64,000 nt of DNA from Heptranchias perlo (taxonomy: Eukaryota), in the NCBI RefSeq assembly GCF_035084215.1, contig NW_027139969.1, positions 1 to 64,000 on the forward strand, written 5' to 3'. The translations under genes and the position numbers were made by a program. The notes beneath the pieces are model-generated. The model was not told where the DNA came from, did no database searches, and was given only the letters and a program-made list of their open reading frames with translations. Positions within the stretch are counted from its first letter, which is position 1; every line of letters begins with the position of its first letter. Shown in pieces: positions 11,665 through 22,928 of the stretch.

Positions 11665-11822
11665 GTGGGGGTGGGTGGGCCTGGCACTGCCCCAGGGAAT
11701 TGGGGGTGGGTGGGCCTGGCACTGCCCCAGGGAATCGGGGGTGGGTGGGCCTGGCGCTGCCCCAGGGAATCGGGGGAGGTGGGCCTGGCGCTGCCCCAGG
11801 GAATCGGGGAGGTGGGCCTGCT
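11665..11822. repeat. About 35-36-bp tandem repeat
   Basis: GTGGGCCTGGCRCTGCCCCAGGGAATCGGGG, about 4 copies. Confidence 0.8.
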
Positions 11823-11900
11823 GCTGCCTCGGGCTCAGTTGTGCTTTTGTCCTGCAGGTTTTACTGGACTCTGAGTTGAACGCACTGCCCAGAGCCCGAG

Positions 11901-11987
11901 ATGTCCCAGGCGACAAAGCGGAAGCACGTGGTGCAGGAGGTGCTGGGCGATTACGCACCACCGTCCGAGAAACAACAGATTGTGCGG
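11901..11987 (+). CDS. EIF1AD: EIF1AD (probable RNA-binding protein) coding exon 1
   Basis: [29 protein letters not shown]|gtaagg; acceptor cctgcag ends 11857. Confidence 0.95.
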
Positions 11988-12097
11988 GTAAGGACGTGTC
12001 AGAACTTGGCCCAGCACCCACTACCTCACAGGGTAACCCCAGACACTGGGTGCAGCTGAGGCTCTTTATCCCCGCCCCCTCCCCCCCCAATGTCCCT

Positions 12098-13475
12098 GAC
12101 CCGCACTGGGGCACGGGTCCCACGGACGCGGACCCGCACTGGGGCACGGGTCCCACGGACGCGGACCCGCACTGGGGCACGGGTCCCACGGACGCGGACC
12201 CGCACTGGGGCACGGGTCCCACGGACGCGGACCCGCACTGGGGCACGGGTCCCACGGACGCTGACTGTAAGACCTTTGCCTCTACCTTATCTGATTGATT
12301 GATTAATAGGTTTGAGAGTCTGTTATGAATAACTTTCATACTTTATTAATGTAAGATTTAGCCTCTGCCTTATCTTATACATATAATTCATCACTCGAAG
12401 TAAGCTGGCAAGTGAAATACGTCTATATACTTACAAGCAGAGTGCCGATTGAGTGGACCTCGCGTGGCCTGAGCTCGTTCTCCGCTGTCTTTAGTCCAAG
12501 CTGCTCACCGGCCACTAGGATGCTCTAACCTTTATCCTCACTCACTCACTCTCAAACAAACTCATCTCACCTGACAGACAGAACTCCAAGTGTGCTCGAT
12601 TTCAGTGCGAAACCACAGCTGTGACTGGGCCCCTTTCTTATCTGTGTTTCACAGGGGTCCTGTTCCTTGCTGCCTGACAGAGCTCTTTGTGTTTCTCCTT
12701 CATCCCTAAACTAGCTTAGTTTTTGTTAGTCATGTTAGTTCTTATTGTATTAAAATCATATGTTATAATCTGATCTGTTGTTCACTATTGATTTAGTCTA
12801 CGTTGTAATCAGCCATAGACAGTCACACCTCCTTCCTTATCCCCTCTCAATCTTATCTTGCCTTTTCTAGCTGGCTAGCTAACAGATATGTCTCTTACCT
12901 GCGCTATCTCTGCTGAGAGATGTGACTATCTGATTATACAGACTCAGGCTAAATTCACTTACCTAAAATACCTCTGTCAGCTATATTCTGCTAATGCCTC
13001 TAAAACCTACACTGACTCTCGCTGGGGTACGGGTCCCGCGGACACCGACTCTCGCTGGGGTACAGGTCCCGCGGACACCGACTCTCGCTGGGGTACAGGT
13101 CCCGCGGACACCGACTCTCACTGGGGTACGGGTCCCACGGACACCGACTCTCACTGGGGTACGGGTCCCGCGGACACCGACTCTCACTGGGGTACGGGTC
13201 CCACGGACACGGACTCTCACTGGGGTACGGGTCCCACGGACACCGACTCTCGCTGGGGTACGGGTCCCGCGGACACCGACTCTCGCTGGGGTACGGGTCC
13301 CGCGGACACCGACTCTCGCTGGGGTACGGGTCCCGCGGACACCGACTCTCGCTGGGGTACGGGTCCCGCGGACACCGACTCTCGCTGGGGTACGGGTCCC
13401 GCGGACACCGACTCTCGCTGGGGTACGGGTCCCGCGGACACGGACTCTCGCTGGGGTACGGGTCCCGCGGACACT
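12098..13475. repeat. 33-bp minisatellite interrupted by the solo LTR
   Basis: Left 12098-12265 GACCCGCACTGGGGCACGGGTCCCACGGACGCG; right 13012-13475 GACTCTCGCTGGGGTACGGGTCCCGCGGACACC. Confidence 0.9.
12266..13011 (-). mobile_element. Solo LTR (746 bp) with 5-bp target-site duplication
   Basis: Starts TGTAAG, ends CCTACA; flanked by CTGAC at 12261-12265 and 13012-13016; AT-rich against GC-rich flanks; minus-strand AATAAA at about 12342-12347. Confidence 0.82.
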
Positions 13476-13755
13476 CATCTGCCCTCAGGTGGATGTACTC
13501 GATCTCACGACCAATATTTCGAAGAAGAGCAGGGGGAGTTCTCCCCGGTGTGCTGGGCCAATATTTATCCCTCAACTAACACCTAAAACAGAAGATCTGG
13601 GTCATTATCACATTGCTGTTTGGGATCTTGCTGTGCACAAACCGGGGCTGCCGCATTTCCTACATCACAACAGTGACCACACTTCAAAAAGTACTTCATT
13701 GGCTGTAAATCGCTTCGGGACGTCCTGAGGTGGTGAGAGGTGCTGTAGAAATGGG
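13476..13755 (+). mobile_element. DeuSINE 3' half
   Basis: Matches the 3' part of the other copies. Confidence 0.75.
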
Positions 13756-13788
13756 AGTCTGACTATTCTCTTGAACTCATTCCTCCAG

Positions 13789-13897
13789 GTGATCGGAACG
13801 CCAGGGAATAATCTGCACCAAGTGGAAACCTCCGAGGGGGAGCGTTTCCTCGCCAGCATGCCCACCAAATTCCGCAAGAACATCTGGATCAAACGAG
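13789..13897 (+). CDS. EIF1AD: EIF1AD coding exon 2 (S1-like/eIF1A domain)
   Basis: ctccag|[37 protein letters not shown]|gtacgg. Confidence 0.96.
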
Positions 13898-14275
13898 GTA
13901 CGGAGACGACCGAGCCCGGGCATCGTTCGCGCCCGCTCGGGGAGCCCCCCCTCACCTCACGCCAGTCAGGAGCGAGACTTGGTGTGAGGCCCCTTTAAAC
14001 GGGGGGGGGGGGGCCGCTCACTTGGGGTGGGGGGTGGGAACGCGCCAGAATGACTGGGCATAATCTGGGCGCTGGGGATTGTGTTTTCGTTCCTAACCTC
14101 CGGGTGCCGGGTGACCTCAGGGACTTGTCGGGCTGCTCTTATCGGAGCCCTGAGCTGCAGGAGAGGGGGTGTGGGGGGGGAGAGAGGGGGAGGACGGCCT
14201 AACTCGGGGCAGGCCGGGAGAGGAGCCTGAGCCTTTCCTGTTTCTACACTGATGGCTGAGTTTTTTTTTGTTCAG

Positions 14276-14384
14276 GTGACTTCCTGATCGTGGATCCGAT
14301 TGAGGAAGGAGAGAAGGTGAAGGCAGAGATCGCCTCCATCCTGTACAAGGAGCACATTAAACAGCTGAGGAAGGAGGGAGTGTG
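14276..14384 (+). CDS. EIF1AD: EIF1AD coding exon 3
   Basis: ttcag|(G)[36 protein letters not shown]|gtaagg. Confidence 0.96.
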
Positions 14385-14644
14385 GTAAGGTCGGCAGCTT
14401 CTCAACCCTGCTGTGTTAATCCCCGGCTGAGAGTCGGTGCTGACCCTGAGGGAGGGGGGTTGTTGCCTCTTCGCTCCCGGAGCTTGAAGATTGGTACTAA
14501 TTGCCCCCTCTCTCTCTCTCTCTCTCTCGAGTCGTGCAGTACCACCGGGAGGGCAGGTTGCCTAATTAAGGTGATACCTCTTCTCTTTTTTTCCCCCTCC
14601 CCCTCCCATTAAGGAGACCCTGTGCTTCCCAGCTTTGGGCTGTC

Positions 14645-15090
14645 AGCTGTGGATCAGTGTCTCTCTCTCTCTCGCCTCTGAGTCAGAAGGTCGTGGGTTC
14701 GAGCCCCCACTCCAGAGACTTGAGCCCCATAATCCAGGCTGACACTCCCAGTGCCAGTACTGAGGGAGTGCTGCACTGTCGGAGGTGCCGTCTTTCGCAT
14801 GAGACGTTAAACCGAGGCCCCGTCTGCCCCTCTCAACTGGATGTAAAAGATCCCACGGCCACTATTGGAAGAAGAGCAGGGGGAGTTCTCCCTGGGGCCA
14901 ATATTTATCCCTCAACCAACATCACTAAAAAAAAATGATCTGGTCGTTTATCACGTTGCTGTTTGTGGGATCTTGCTGTGCACAAATTGGCTGCCAGGTT
15001 TCCCACATTACAACAGTGACTACACTTCAAAAGTACTTCATTGGCTGTGAAGCCCTTTGGGACGTCCTGAGGTGGTGAAAGGCAAGTCTT
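14645..15090 (+). mobile_element. DeuSINE (SacSINE1-like), near full length
   Basis: B box GGTTCGAGCCC, Deu domain, L2 tail. Confidence 0.85.
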
Positions 15091-15270
15091 TTTGGGGTGG
15101 GGGGTGAAGAATTGGGAGCTGGGCTGCTCTCTGCCCATGGGGGGGGGGGGGCTGGCAAATCAAGGGGAGAGGGGGTTGCATTTAACAGAAGGTTCCTTTC
15201 TAAAGATTGACAGTGGACTGCTCCACACTAACCCTGCCTCTGAACGTTGTTCCTTTTTGTCCCCCTCAAG

Positions 15271-15312
15271 GCCTGCCAGTTTCTCCGACCCGGCGGCAGA
15301 AAGTCTCGAGAG
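15271..15312 (+). CDS. EIF1AD: EIF1AD coding exon 4
   Basis: ctcaag|(W)PASFSDPAAESLE|gtgagt; phases fit both neighbours. Confidence 0.88.
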
Positions 15313-15580
15313 GTGAGTGGTCTTGTCTGTAACACTTTCTCCCCCCCCACCAACACTAGGCCCGCTGAGGTTTTTATGCCGTCCGGTGAGGAGCGGCCGC
15401 TCTTAACCACAGGCTTCCCCCATCTCTGAGCGGTCGTGGTACCTAACTGGGATCGGGTAACGCAGCACAGGCCGGGGATCGAGCCTGGGCCTTTCCTGCT
15501 GTGTTGGGGGTGCTCAGACGGCGGGGAGGGGGGAAGCAAAGCAAGAGAATACTAATTTTCAAAGTTCTCTTCCCCCCTAG

Positions 15581-15746
15581 TAACTCGAAGACAGAGAACA
15601 GTAACCAGGGGTCAGAGGAGGAGGAGCTTGAAGGCAAGTCTGAGGATTCAGACGACGACAGCGACTTATTTGTCAACACAAACCGGAGAAATTACGAATA
15701 TTCGGAAAGCGATGAGGAGAGTGAGGAGGAGGAGGAGCGAGTTTAG
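15581..15746 (+). CDS. EIF1AD: EIF1AD last coding exon
   Basis: ccctag|NSKTENSNQGSEEEELEGKSEDSDDDSDLFVNTNRRNYEYSESDEESEEEEERV-TAG with conserved DLFVNTNR; CDS total 513 nt (170 aa); AATAAA at about 16301. Confidence 0.94.
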
Positions 15747-16918
15747 ATGCTTGGGATCATCTGCCAGGCACCGCGAGCATGCGCTCGCCGGAGGGGCTGA
15801 CGTTTGTCGAAGGGAGTGGCCGTTTACTGCTTGATCTGACAGTTGTTACGTGACGATACAAGCTGTGGAAAGGGCACTTTCCGACTGCCCAGCTCTGACG
15901 TCGTTCTGCATCTTCCTCAGGGCGGCTGCCCGCCTTTCCAAACGACCACTCCCCTCCCCTCCCCCCTCAACACTTTGGGCCGAGTACAATGTACCAGTCC
16001 TGGTGCTAGCAGGCACTGAAGGCCTGGGGGGGGGGGTTTACTGCACCCTGTCCAGGCACAGGTAACCGATCTCACGGGAGTGGGTCCAACCCGCCTGACG
16101 TGTTGATCGTTTCATTCTGTGATCCAATTCCAAGACCTGTGCCTCTCCCTCCCTCCAACCAACCAAACCGTCGAACAGAACGAGCATTTATTTTCCTGTG
16201 GGTTTCAGAGCGAGCGCCAGAGGTAACACCCAGTTTGAAGAGGAAACAATCTTACATTCCTGGGTGGGGAGAGGAAGGGAGGAAAATCTTGTTCTGTGTA
16301 AATAAAAAAAAATTGGAGCCGGGTGAGCAGTTTGTGGCAGTTTATTGTTTCAGTAGAAGTTTACACGGGGGAGAGGTGATAATTCCAAGAATCTGGCTCT
16401 AGTAAGAATGGGGCTCGGGGGTACACACAGGCCAATGGGTGGGTATAATCTCTCTCTCTCCCACCACTTGTAGCGTCAGGTTCAGGGGGAGCGGACAAAC
16501 GGAGGGTCTTTTGATTTGACCTGGATGAATTGAAACTTCCCCCTAATTGCATCCCAATCACTGGGGCAACACTAAGTCGTCCCTCGGCTAATGGGAAACG
16601 ACCCTGTTACCCGAGGGAGGGGCAGAGACCCGACTGAACGCTGCGGACCAGAAGGACTGCAGCTCTCCGCCTCATTACTAAACCAGCAGAATCGAAAAAC
16701 TGCCAGGGCGGTGAAGGAACACAATGGGTAGCACCTCCCTGGCCCACAGGATTACATTCCCTCCACACCACTCACAAAGCTTTCACAGGAAGTTGTATTT
16801 TATTAATGTACAGAAGGAAAGCACAGACACAGTGTAAAACAACTCATAAAACAGTCAAATCTATCCAGCAACTAATTCCCCTCCCTCCCCGGTTCAGTCA
16901 GTCCTCGGTCAGTAAGTT

Positions 16919-16937
16919 TCATTTGGTAATCGTGTTT
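16919..16937 (-). CDS. SART1: SART1 exon 20 (last)
   Basis: ttacag|NTITK-TGA matches the conserved SART1 C-terminus; minus-strand AATAAA at 16799-16804. Confidence 0.88.
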
Positions 16938-16967
16938 CTGTAAGAGAAAAGGGAAAAAGAGAGACGT

Positions 16968-17460
16968 GAACACAGGAGCAGCACAAACCCCAGCCCCCAA
17001 AACACAAACTCCCGCCCCCAAAACACAGGCTAACACAAACCCCCGCCCCCAAAACACAGGAGCAACACAAACCTCCACCCCCCCAAAACACAAGCTCACA
17101 CAAACCCCCCCCCACAACACAGGCTCAACACAAACCCCAAAACACAGGAGCAGCACAAACCCCAGCCCCCAAAACACAAACTCCCGCCCCCAAAACACAG
17201 GCTAACACAAACCCCGCCCCCAAAACACAGGAGCAACACAAACCTCCACCCCCCCAAAACACAAGCTCACACAAACCCCCCCCACAACACAGGCTCAACA
17301 CAAACCTCCACCCCCCCCCCAAAACACAAGCTCACACAAACACCCCCCCCACCCCCAAAACACAGGCTCAACACAAACCCCAAAACACAGGCTCAACACA
17401 AACCCCCACCCCCAAAATACAGACTAACACAAACCCCCACCCCAGAAGACAGGCACCCCC
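16968..17460. repeat. AC-rich composite tandem repeat, SART1 intron 19
   Basis: AACACAAACCCC...CCCCAAAACACAGG units. Confidence 0.8.
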
Positions 17461-17484
17461 CCCCCCCAGGCCCGGCTCACGTAC

Positions 17485-17606
17485 ACGTTCATGCTCTTTC
17501 CACTCCCGCTGAGGACGATGTAGGGCGTTTTCTGCGCTTTCTGCTTCTCCTGCAGGAGGGCCACGGTCCCCAGTGGCGTGTCGCTCGAGCTCATCTTCCT
17601 CAGCAG
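17485..17606 (-). CDS. SART1: SART1 exon 19
   Basis: [41 protein letters not shown]. Confidence 0.94.
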
Positions 17607-18044
17607 CTGGACGGAGCAGGGAAAGAAAAAGGCGGCGGCGGTCACAAATCAGACGGACGGGTTACGTTCCACCCTAGTGTCCCAGGGCTCGTCCCTCCCC
17701 AGTTTTCTCCTGAGGGGTCGGTCACTAGGTGTTGGGAAGAGGGAGAATCGGCCATAGTTCCTGCTCGCTGTCCCGTGATCCCTGGCGGAATCTACACGGG
17801 CGTCAGGCGAGGACAGAGTCCGCTGTGATGCCCCCCACAGTTGAATATTCGGCCGATTTATCCGTGCACAGACGTGGGAGAGGTCGAGACCCATGGGACC
17901 GGCCAAGGGGGGGTGGGGGAAAGAGAAGAATGACCACAGCAGAGGTATTTGAGGGAGCCACCCGTGTCCAGCTCCCAAGAAAGACATAGGTGCCTGACGC
18001 GCAGACTGGTGTGGGGAAACTCTCAAATATAAAATACAACTCAC

Positions 18045-18134
18045 ATGTTCCTCTTCCAGCTTCTTCATCCGTTTCTCAGTCTTCATCTTGCCAGATCCTT
18101 TCCCATGGAAGCGGTGAGAGAGCTGTCTGAAGGC
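18045..18134 (-). CDS. SART1: SART1 exon 18
   Basis: AFRQLSHRFHGKGSGKMKTEKRMKKLEEEH|gtgagt (hallmark Snu66/SART1 motif). Confidence 0.96.
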
Positions 18135-18289
18135 CTGTTTGTAGTAAGATGACGCCCGTTAGTTACAGACAAAGAACACGGCGGGTCTGACAGCAGGTCT
18201 CACCCTCTATCTCAAGGGAGGGCTCAACAGGAGAAATGAGGGCAACAGGAATAACTTTGAAATGTCAACTCCATCTTTTCCCACCATCT

Positions 18290-18745
18290 CCCTCAACCCC
18301 ATCAACCAGGATAAATCAGTCTGCCCGATCACTACCCGAAACATTCACTCCCTTCACCACCGGAGCACTGTGGCTGCAGCGTGCACCATCCACAGGATGC
18401 ACTGCAGCAACTCGCCAAGGCTTCTTCGACAGCACCTCCCAAACCAGTGACCTCCACCACCTAGAAGGACAAGGGCAGCAGGCACATGGGAACAACACCA
18501 CCTGCACGTTCCCCTCCAAGTCACACACCATCCCGACTTGGAAATATATCGGCCGTTCCTTCATCATCGCTGGGTCCAAATCCTGGCACTCCCTTCCTAA
18601 CAGCACTGTGGGAGAACCTTCACCACACGGACTGCAGCGGTTCAAGAAGGCAGCTCACCACCACCTTCTCAAGGGGCAGTTAGGGATGGGCAATAAATGC
18701 CGGCCTCGCCAGCGACGCCCACATCCCAAGAATGAATATAACAAA
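18290..18745 (+). mobile_element. LINE 3' fragment (second family)
   Basis: NIHSLHHRSTVAAACTIHRMHCSNSPRLLRQHLPN, SKSWHSLP, then stem-loop tail. Confidence 0.82.
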
Positions 18746-18911
18746 AAGAGGGACAACGTCACACAGCTCCGGGTGCAAGTAGCAGAAGAGACCCAGAGCA
18801 GGGTTACTGCGGCTGAGGGAGAGAGAAATTAATCACTAGTCACTTACACTTGCAAAAAATATACGGGAGCGTAATGAAACCCAGAGTGTTCTTGGTCCAT
18901 TGTAAAAGAAA

Positions 18912-19190
18912 AAAGACTTGCATTTATATAGCGCCTTTCACGTCCTCAGGACATCCCAAAGCGCTTTACAGCCAATGAAGTACTTTTTTTGAAGTGTAGT
19001 CACTGTTGTAATGTAGGAAACGCAGCAGCCAATTTGCGCACAGCAAGATCCCACAAACAGCATTGAGATAATGATCAGATCATTTTTTTTTTGTGATGTT
19101 GGTTGAGGGATAAATATCGGCCCCAGGACACCGGGGAGAACTCCCCCCTGCTCTTCTTCCAATAGTGGCCGTGGGATCTTTTACATCCAC
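18912..19190 (-). mobile_element. DeuSINE 3' half
   Basis: Tail and body match the other copies. Confidence 0.75.
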
Positions 19191-19245
19191 CGTGTTTTTT
19201 TTGTACCTCCGCACGAGCTGCCGATTCAGATTTTCATCTCCTTAC

Positions 19246-19381
19246 CTCCTTCGGAGTCAGTCTCCTCCCCGACTCATCGACATAATCGATCTTGACGTCC
19301 GGCCGGTATCCCTCCTTCTCCTTGAACTCCTGAGTGAAGCCTCGGTACTCCTCTCTCCTACTGTACTTGTCGTCAATCAAC
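19246..19381 (-). CDS. SART1: SART1 exon 17
   Basis: LIDDKYSRREEYRGFTQEFKEKEGYRPDVKIDYVDESGRRLTPKE|gtaag. Confidence 0.96.
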
Positions 19382-19626
19382 CTGCATCGAAACATCACAG
19401 TTAAAGTTACCAGCAGGCTCGGCGAGGGCTCGCCCACAGGGACGGGTCCCTTATGAAGAATTATTTTGTTATTCCTAATTATTTTGGGGGTGGCAATCCG
19501 CCAGAAATAAGACATGGGGCTGAGTCGGGAAGTGGGCCCCCCGTGTTCCCACCTCCAGCTGGACAGCCCTGATCAGGGACATGCACTGAACTTGTACCAG
19601 CTGTTGTCGCCGGGCCGTGATTTAAT

Positions 19627-20266
19627 GGCGCGGAGAGCCCCCCGCCTCCGCCCCCGGGCGCGCGGAGCCCCCCGCCTCCGCCCCCGGGCGCGCGGAGCCC
19701 CCCGCCTCCGCCCCCGGGCGCGCGGAGCCCCCCGCCTCCGCCCCCGGGCGCGCGGAGCCCCCCGCCTCCGCCCCCGGGCGCGCGGAGCCCCCCGCCTCCG
19801 CCCCCGGGCGCGCGGAGCCCCCCGCCCCCGCCCCCGGGCGCGCGGAGCCCCCCGCCCCCGCCCCCGGGCGCGCGGAGCCCCCCGCCCCCGCCCCCGGGCG
19901 CGCGGAGCCCCCCGCCCCCGCCCCCGGGCGCGCGGAGCCCCCCGCCCCCGCCCCCGGGCGCGCGGAGCCCCCCGCCCCCGCCCCCGGGCGCGCGGAGCCC
20001 CCCGCCCCCGCCCCCGGGCGCGCGGAGCCCCCCGCCCCCGCCCCCGGGCGCGCGGAGCCCCCCGCCCCCGCCCCCGGGCGCGCGGAGCCCCCCGCCCCCG
20101 CCCCCGGGCGCGCGGAGCCCCCCGCCCCCGCCCCCGGGCGCGCGGAGCCCCCCGCCCCCGCCCCCGGGCGCGCGGAGCCCCCCGCCCCCGCCCCCGGGCG
20201 CGCGGAGCCCCCCGCCCCCGCCCCCGGGCGCGCGGAGCCCCCCGCCCCGGGCGCGGAGCTCCCCCG
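19627..20266. repeat. 30-bp almost all-GC minisatellite, SART1 intron 16
   Basis: CCCCCGGGCGCGCGGAGCCCCCCGCCYCCG, about 21 copies. Confidence 0.95.
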
Positions 20267-20282
20267 TGAAGCTGTTGCTTAC

Positions 20283-20373
20283 ATTTTGTCTTCAATGGCG
20301 TAAACTGTCGATGGCAGGGTTTTGACCGATGACCGGACTCGGGCCACTTTTTGCATGGTGGTGTCGAGCAGAC
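20283..20373 (-). CDS. SART1: SART1 exon 16
   Basis: (G)LLDTTMQKVARVRSSVKTLPSTVYAIEDKM|gtaagc. Confidence 0.93.
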
Positions 20374-20804
20374 CTGGAACAGAGAGGAACAGGAGTCACT
20401 GGCGCTTCTCGCTGGGCCAAAGCTCCTCGTTAACTTACAGGCTGCGTCGATCAAATCTCACCACGTTCCCCCGCCTCTGCTGCAGGTCCAGCTCGTGCTG
20501 AGGGCAGCCCTTCAGCACCGCACCCAAGTGGTCCCTTCTTCGCGTGTGAGCCCGGACACCGAGCGTCGGCCGGCTATTCGACCACGGGAGCAGCACGCGC
20601 AAGCCCGGTCCTGCCCTCAACCCGGTATTTCGCACACTTTCCAGCAGGCGTCACTGGGTAGCGACTAGGGAGCAGGAAACAGGGCTGATCCGGGGTGGGG
20701 GCTACTCAGGGACGATCGCAGCCTCCACGAGCCGCCCCTGGCTCAGACAGGATAATTCAGCGCAGCTCGGGGCAGAGTCTTGGACTCTCCCGATTTCGTT
20801 GAAC

Positions 20805-21245
20805 CATACAGCACAGAAGGAGGCCATTTGGTCCATCGAGCCTGTGCCGGCTCTTTGAAAGAGCTATCCAATTAATCGCACTGCCCCCCTGCTCTTTCCC
20901 CATTAGCCCTGCAAATTTTTCCTTTTCAAGTATTTATCCAATTCCCTTTTGAAAGTTATTATTGAATCTGCTTCCACCGCCCTTTCAGGCAGCGCATTCC
21001 AGATCAGAACAACTCGCTGTGTAAAAAAAAAATCACCTCATCTCCCCCTCTGGTTCTTTTGCCAATTATCTTAAATCCGTGTCCTCTGGTTACTGACCCT
21101 CCTCCCACTGGAAACAGTTTCTCCTTATTTACTCGATCAAAACCCCTCATGATTTTGAGCCCCTCGATTAAATCTCCCCTTAACCTTCTCTGCTCTAAGG
21201 AGAACAACCCCAGCTTCTCCAGTCTCTCCACCTAACTGAAGTCCC
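20805..21245 (-). mobile_element. CR1 3' fragment
   Basis: ERLEKLGLFSLEQRRLRGDLIE...TRGHGFK. Confidence 0.85.
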
Positions 21246-21381
21246 TGCCGATTGTACTGAGCATCTGTACACAGCTCAGTGCTGCGCTGGCCAGTCCGCT
21301 GACACTCTCCCTGGATCACAAAGCAGGACGTTTCGAGGGGCCAACGTTGAGCGGTGGGATTCCCGCAGCCGGTTAACCTGC

Positions 21382-21469
21382 CTTTGTTTCTGCAGAGGTG
21401 CAGTGCAGCTGCCAGCCCGCAGTTCACGATGGGTTCTTCGTCTAGAATGGTCGTGGAGGTGGCCAAGAA
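21382..21469 (-). CDS. SART1: SART1 exon 15 (GC donor)
   Basis: FLATSTTILDEEPIVNCGLAAALHLCRNKG; frame requires AAG|gcaggt. Confidence 0.9.
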
Positions 21470-21647
21470 CTAAGAGAGGGAGGGAGAGATAGTGGGTTAG
21501 TAACACGGCAGCCAACGTGAGCACAGCAAGATCCCATGAACAGTAATGACCAGATGATCTGGGTTTTTTTTTTGGTGATGTTGGGCTGGACTGGCTTTGA
21601 AGCCAGCCGACCTTTGACCCACCCCCGGTCCTGATACGGGATCTCAC

Positions 21648-21758
21648 CTCTGGCTGCTTCTTCTCCTCGTCCAGATTCACTGTGCTCCAGCCCACAGTCT
21701 CATCCCGGTCCAGCTCCATCTCTCCATCCGATAATTCCTTGTTCTCCACCTCAAAATC
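21648..21758 (-). CDS. SART1: SART1 exon 14
   Basis: DFEVENKELSDGEMELDRDETVGWSTVNLDEEKKQPE|gtgaga. Confidence 0.92.
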
Positions 21759-21778
21759 CTGCAGAGAGGTTGAACAAA

Positions 21779-22614
21779 CAGCACGGGTTAGATACAGAGT
21801 AAAGCTCCCTCCCTCTACACTGTCCCTATCAAACACTCCCAGGGCAGGTACAGCACGGGTTAGATACAGAGTGAAGCTCCCTCTACACTGTCCCATCAAA
21901 CACTCCCAGGGCAGGTACAGGGTTAGATACAGAGTAAAGCTCCCTCCACACTGTCCCATCAAACACTCCCAGGGCAGGTACAGGGTTAGATACAGAGTAA
22001 AGCTCCCTCCACACTGTCCCATCAAACACTCCCAGGGCAGGTACAGGGTTAGATACAGAGTAAAGCTCACTCTACACTGTCCCATCAAACACTCCCAGGG
22101 CAGGTACAGGGTTAGATACAGAGTAAAGCTCCCTCCACACTGTCCCATCAAACACTCCCAGGGCAGGTACAGGGTTAGATACAGAGTAAAGCTCCCTCCA
22201 CACTGTCCCATCAAACACTCCCAGGGCAGGTACAGGGTTAGATACAGAGTAAAGCTCCCTCCACACTGTCCCATCAAACACTCCCAGGGCAGGTACAGTG
22301 TTAGATACAGAGTAAAGCTCCCTCCACACTGTCCCATCAAACACTCCCAGGGCAGGTACAGGGTTAGATACAGAGTAAAGCTCCCTCCACACTGTCCCAT
22401 CAAACACTCCCGGGGCAGGTACAGGGTTAGATACAGAGTAAAGCTCCCTCTACACTGTCCCATCAAACACTCCCAGGGCAGGTACAGCACGGGTTAGATA
22501 CAGAGTAAAGCTCCCTCCACACTGTCCCATCAAACACTCCCGGGGCAGGTACAGGGTTAGATACAGAGTAAAGCTCCCTCTACACTGTCCCATCAAACAC
22601 TCCCGGGGCAGGTA
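21779..22614 (+). repeat. 62-bp (67-bp variant) minisatellite
   Basis: CAGGGCAGGTACAGGGTTAGATACAGAGTAAAGCTCCCTCYACACTGTCCCATCAAACACTCC-type unit, about 13 copies. Confidence 0.95.
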
Positions 22615-22634
22615 GACGCTCATGTCCGGACTGT

Positions 22635-22928
22635 GATGGAATACTCACTCTCCACTTGCCTGGACTGGTGCCACCACAACAACACTCAAGAAGCCCAACA
22701 CCACCTGGAGCAGAGCAGTTCACTCCATAAGAGCAGCAGTGTTGTGGGAACACCATTACCTGTAAGTTCCCCTCCAACTGACACATTACCCCTACTTGGA
22801 AATATATCGGCTGTTCCTTCATCGACACTGGGACAAAATCCTGGAACTCCCCATCAACACTGTGGGAGCACCTTGGCCACACGGACTGCAGCGGTTCAAG
22901 GGGATGGCCCAACATCACCACCTTCGCA
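22635..22928 (+). mobile_element. Degenerate LINE 3' fragment (second family) leading into the 38-bp array
   Basis: GTGATGGAATACTC...CAAAATCCTGGAACTCC...CGGACTGCAGCGGTTCAAG, homologous to 50298-50826. Confidence 0.75.

Noticed and set aside
19514-20454. Protamine-like RGAPRPRPRA / GAR-like repeat ORFs
   Set aside because: Translation of a 30-bp GC minisatellite in an intron; no promoter or splice support.
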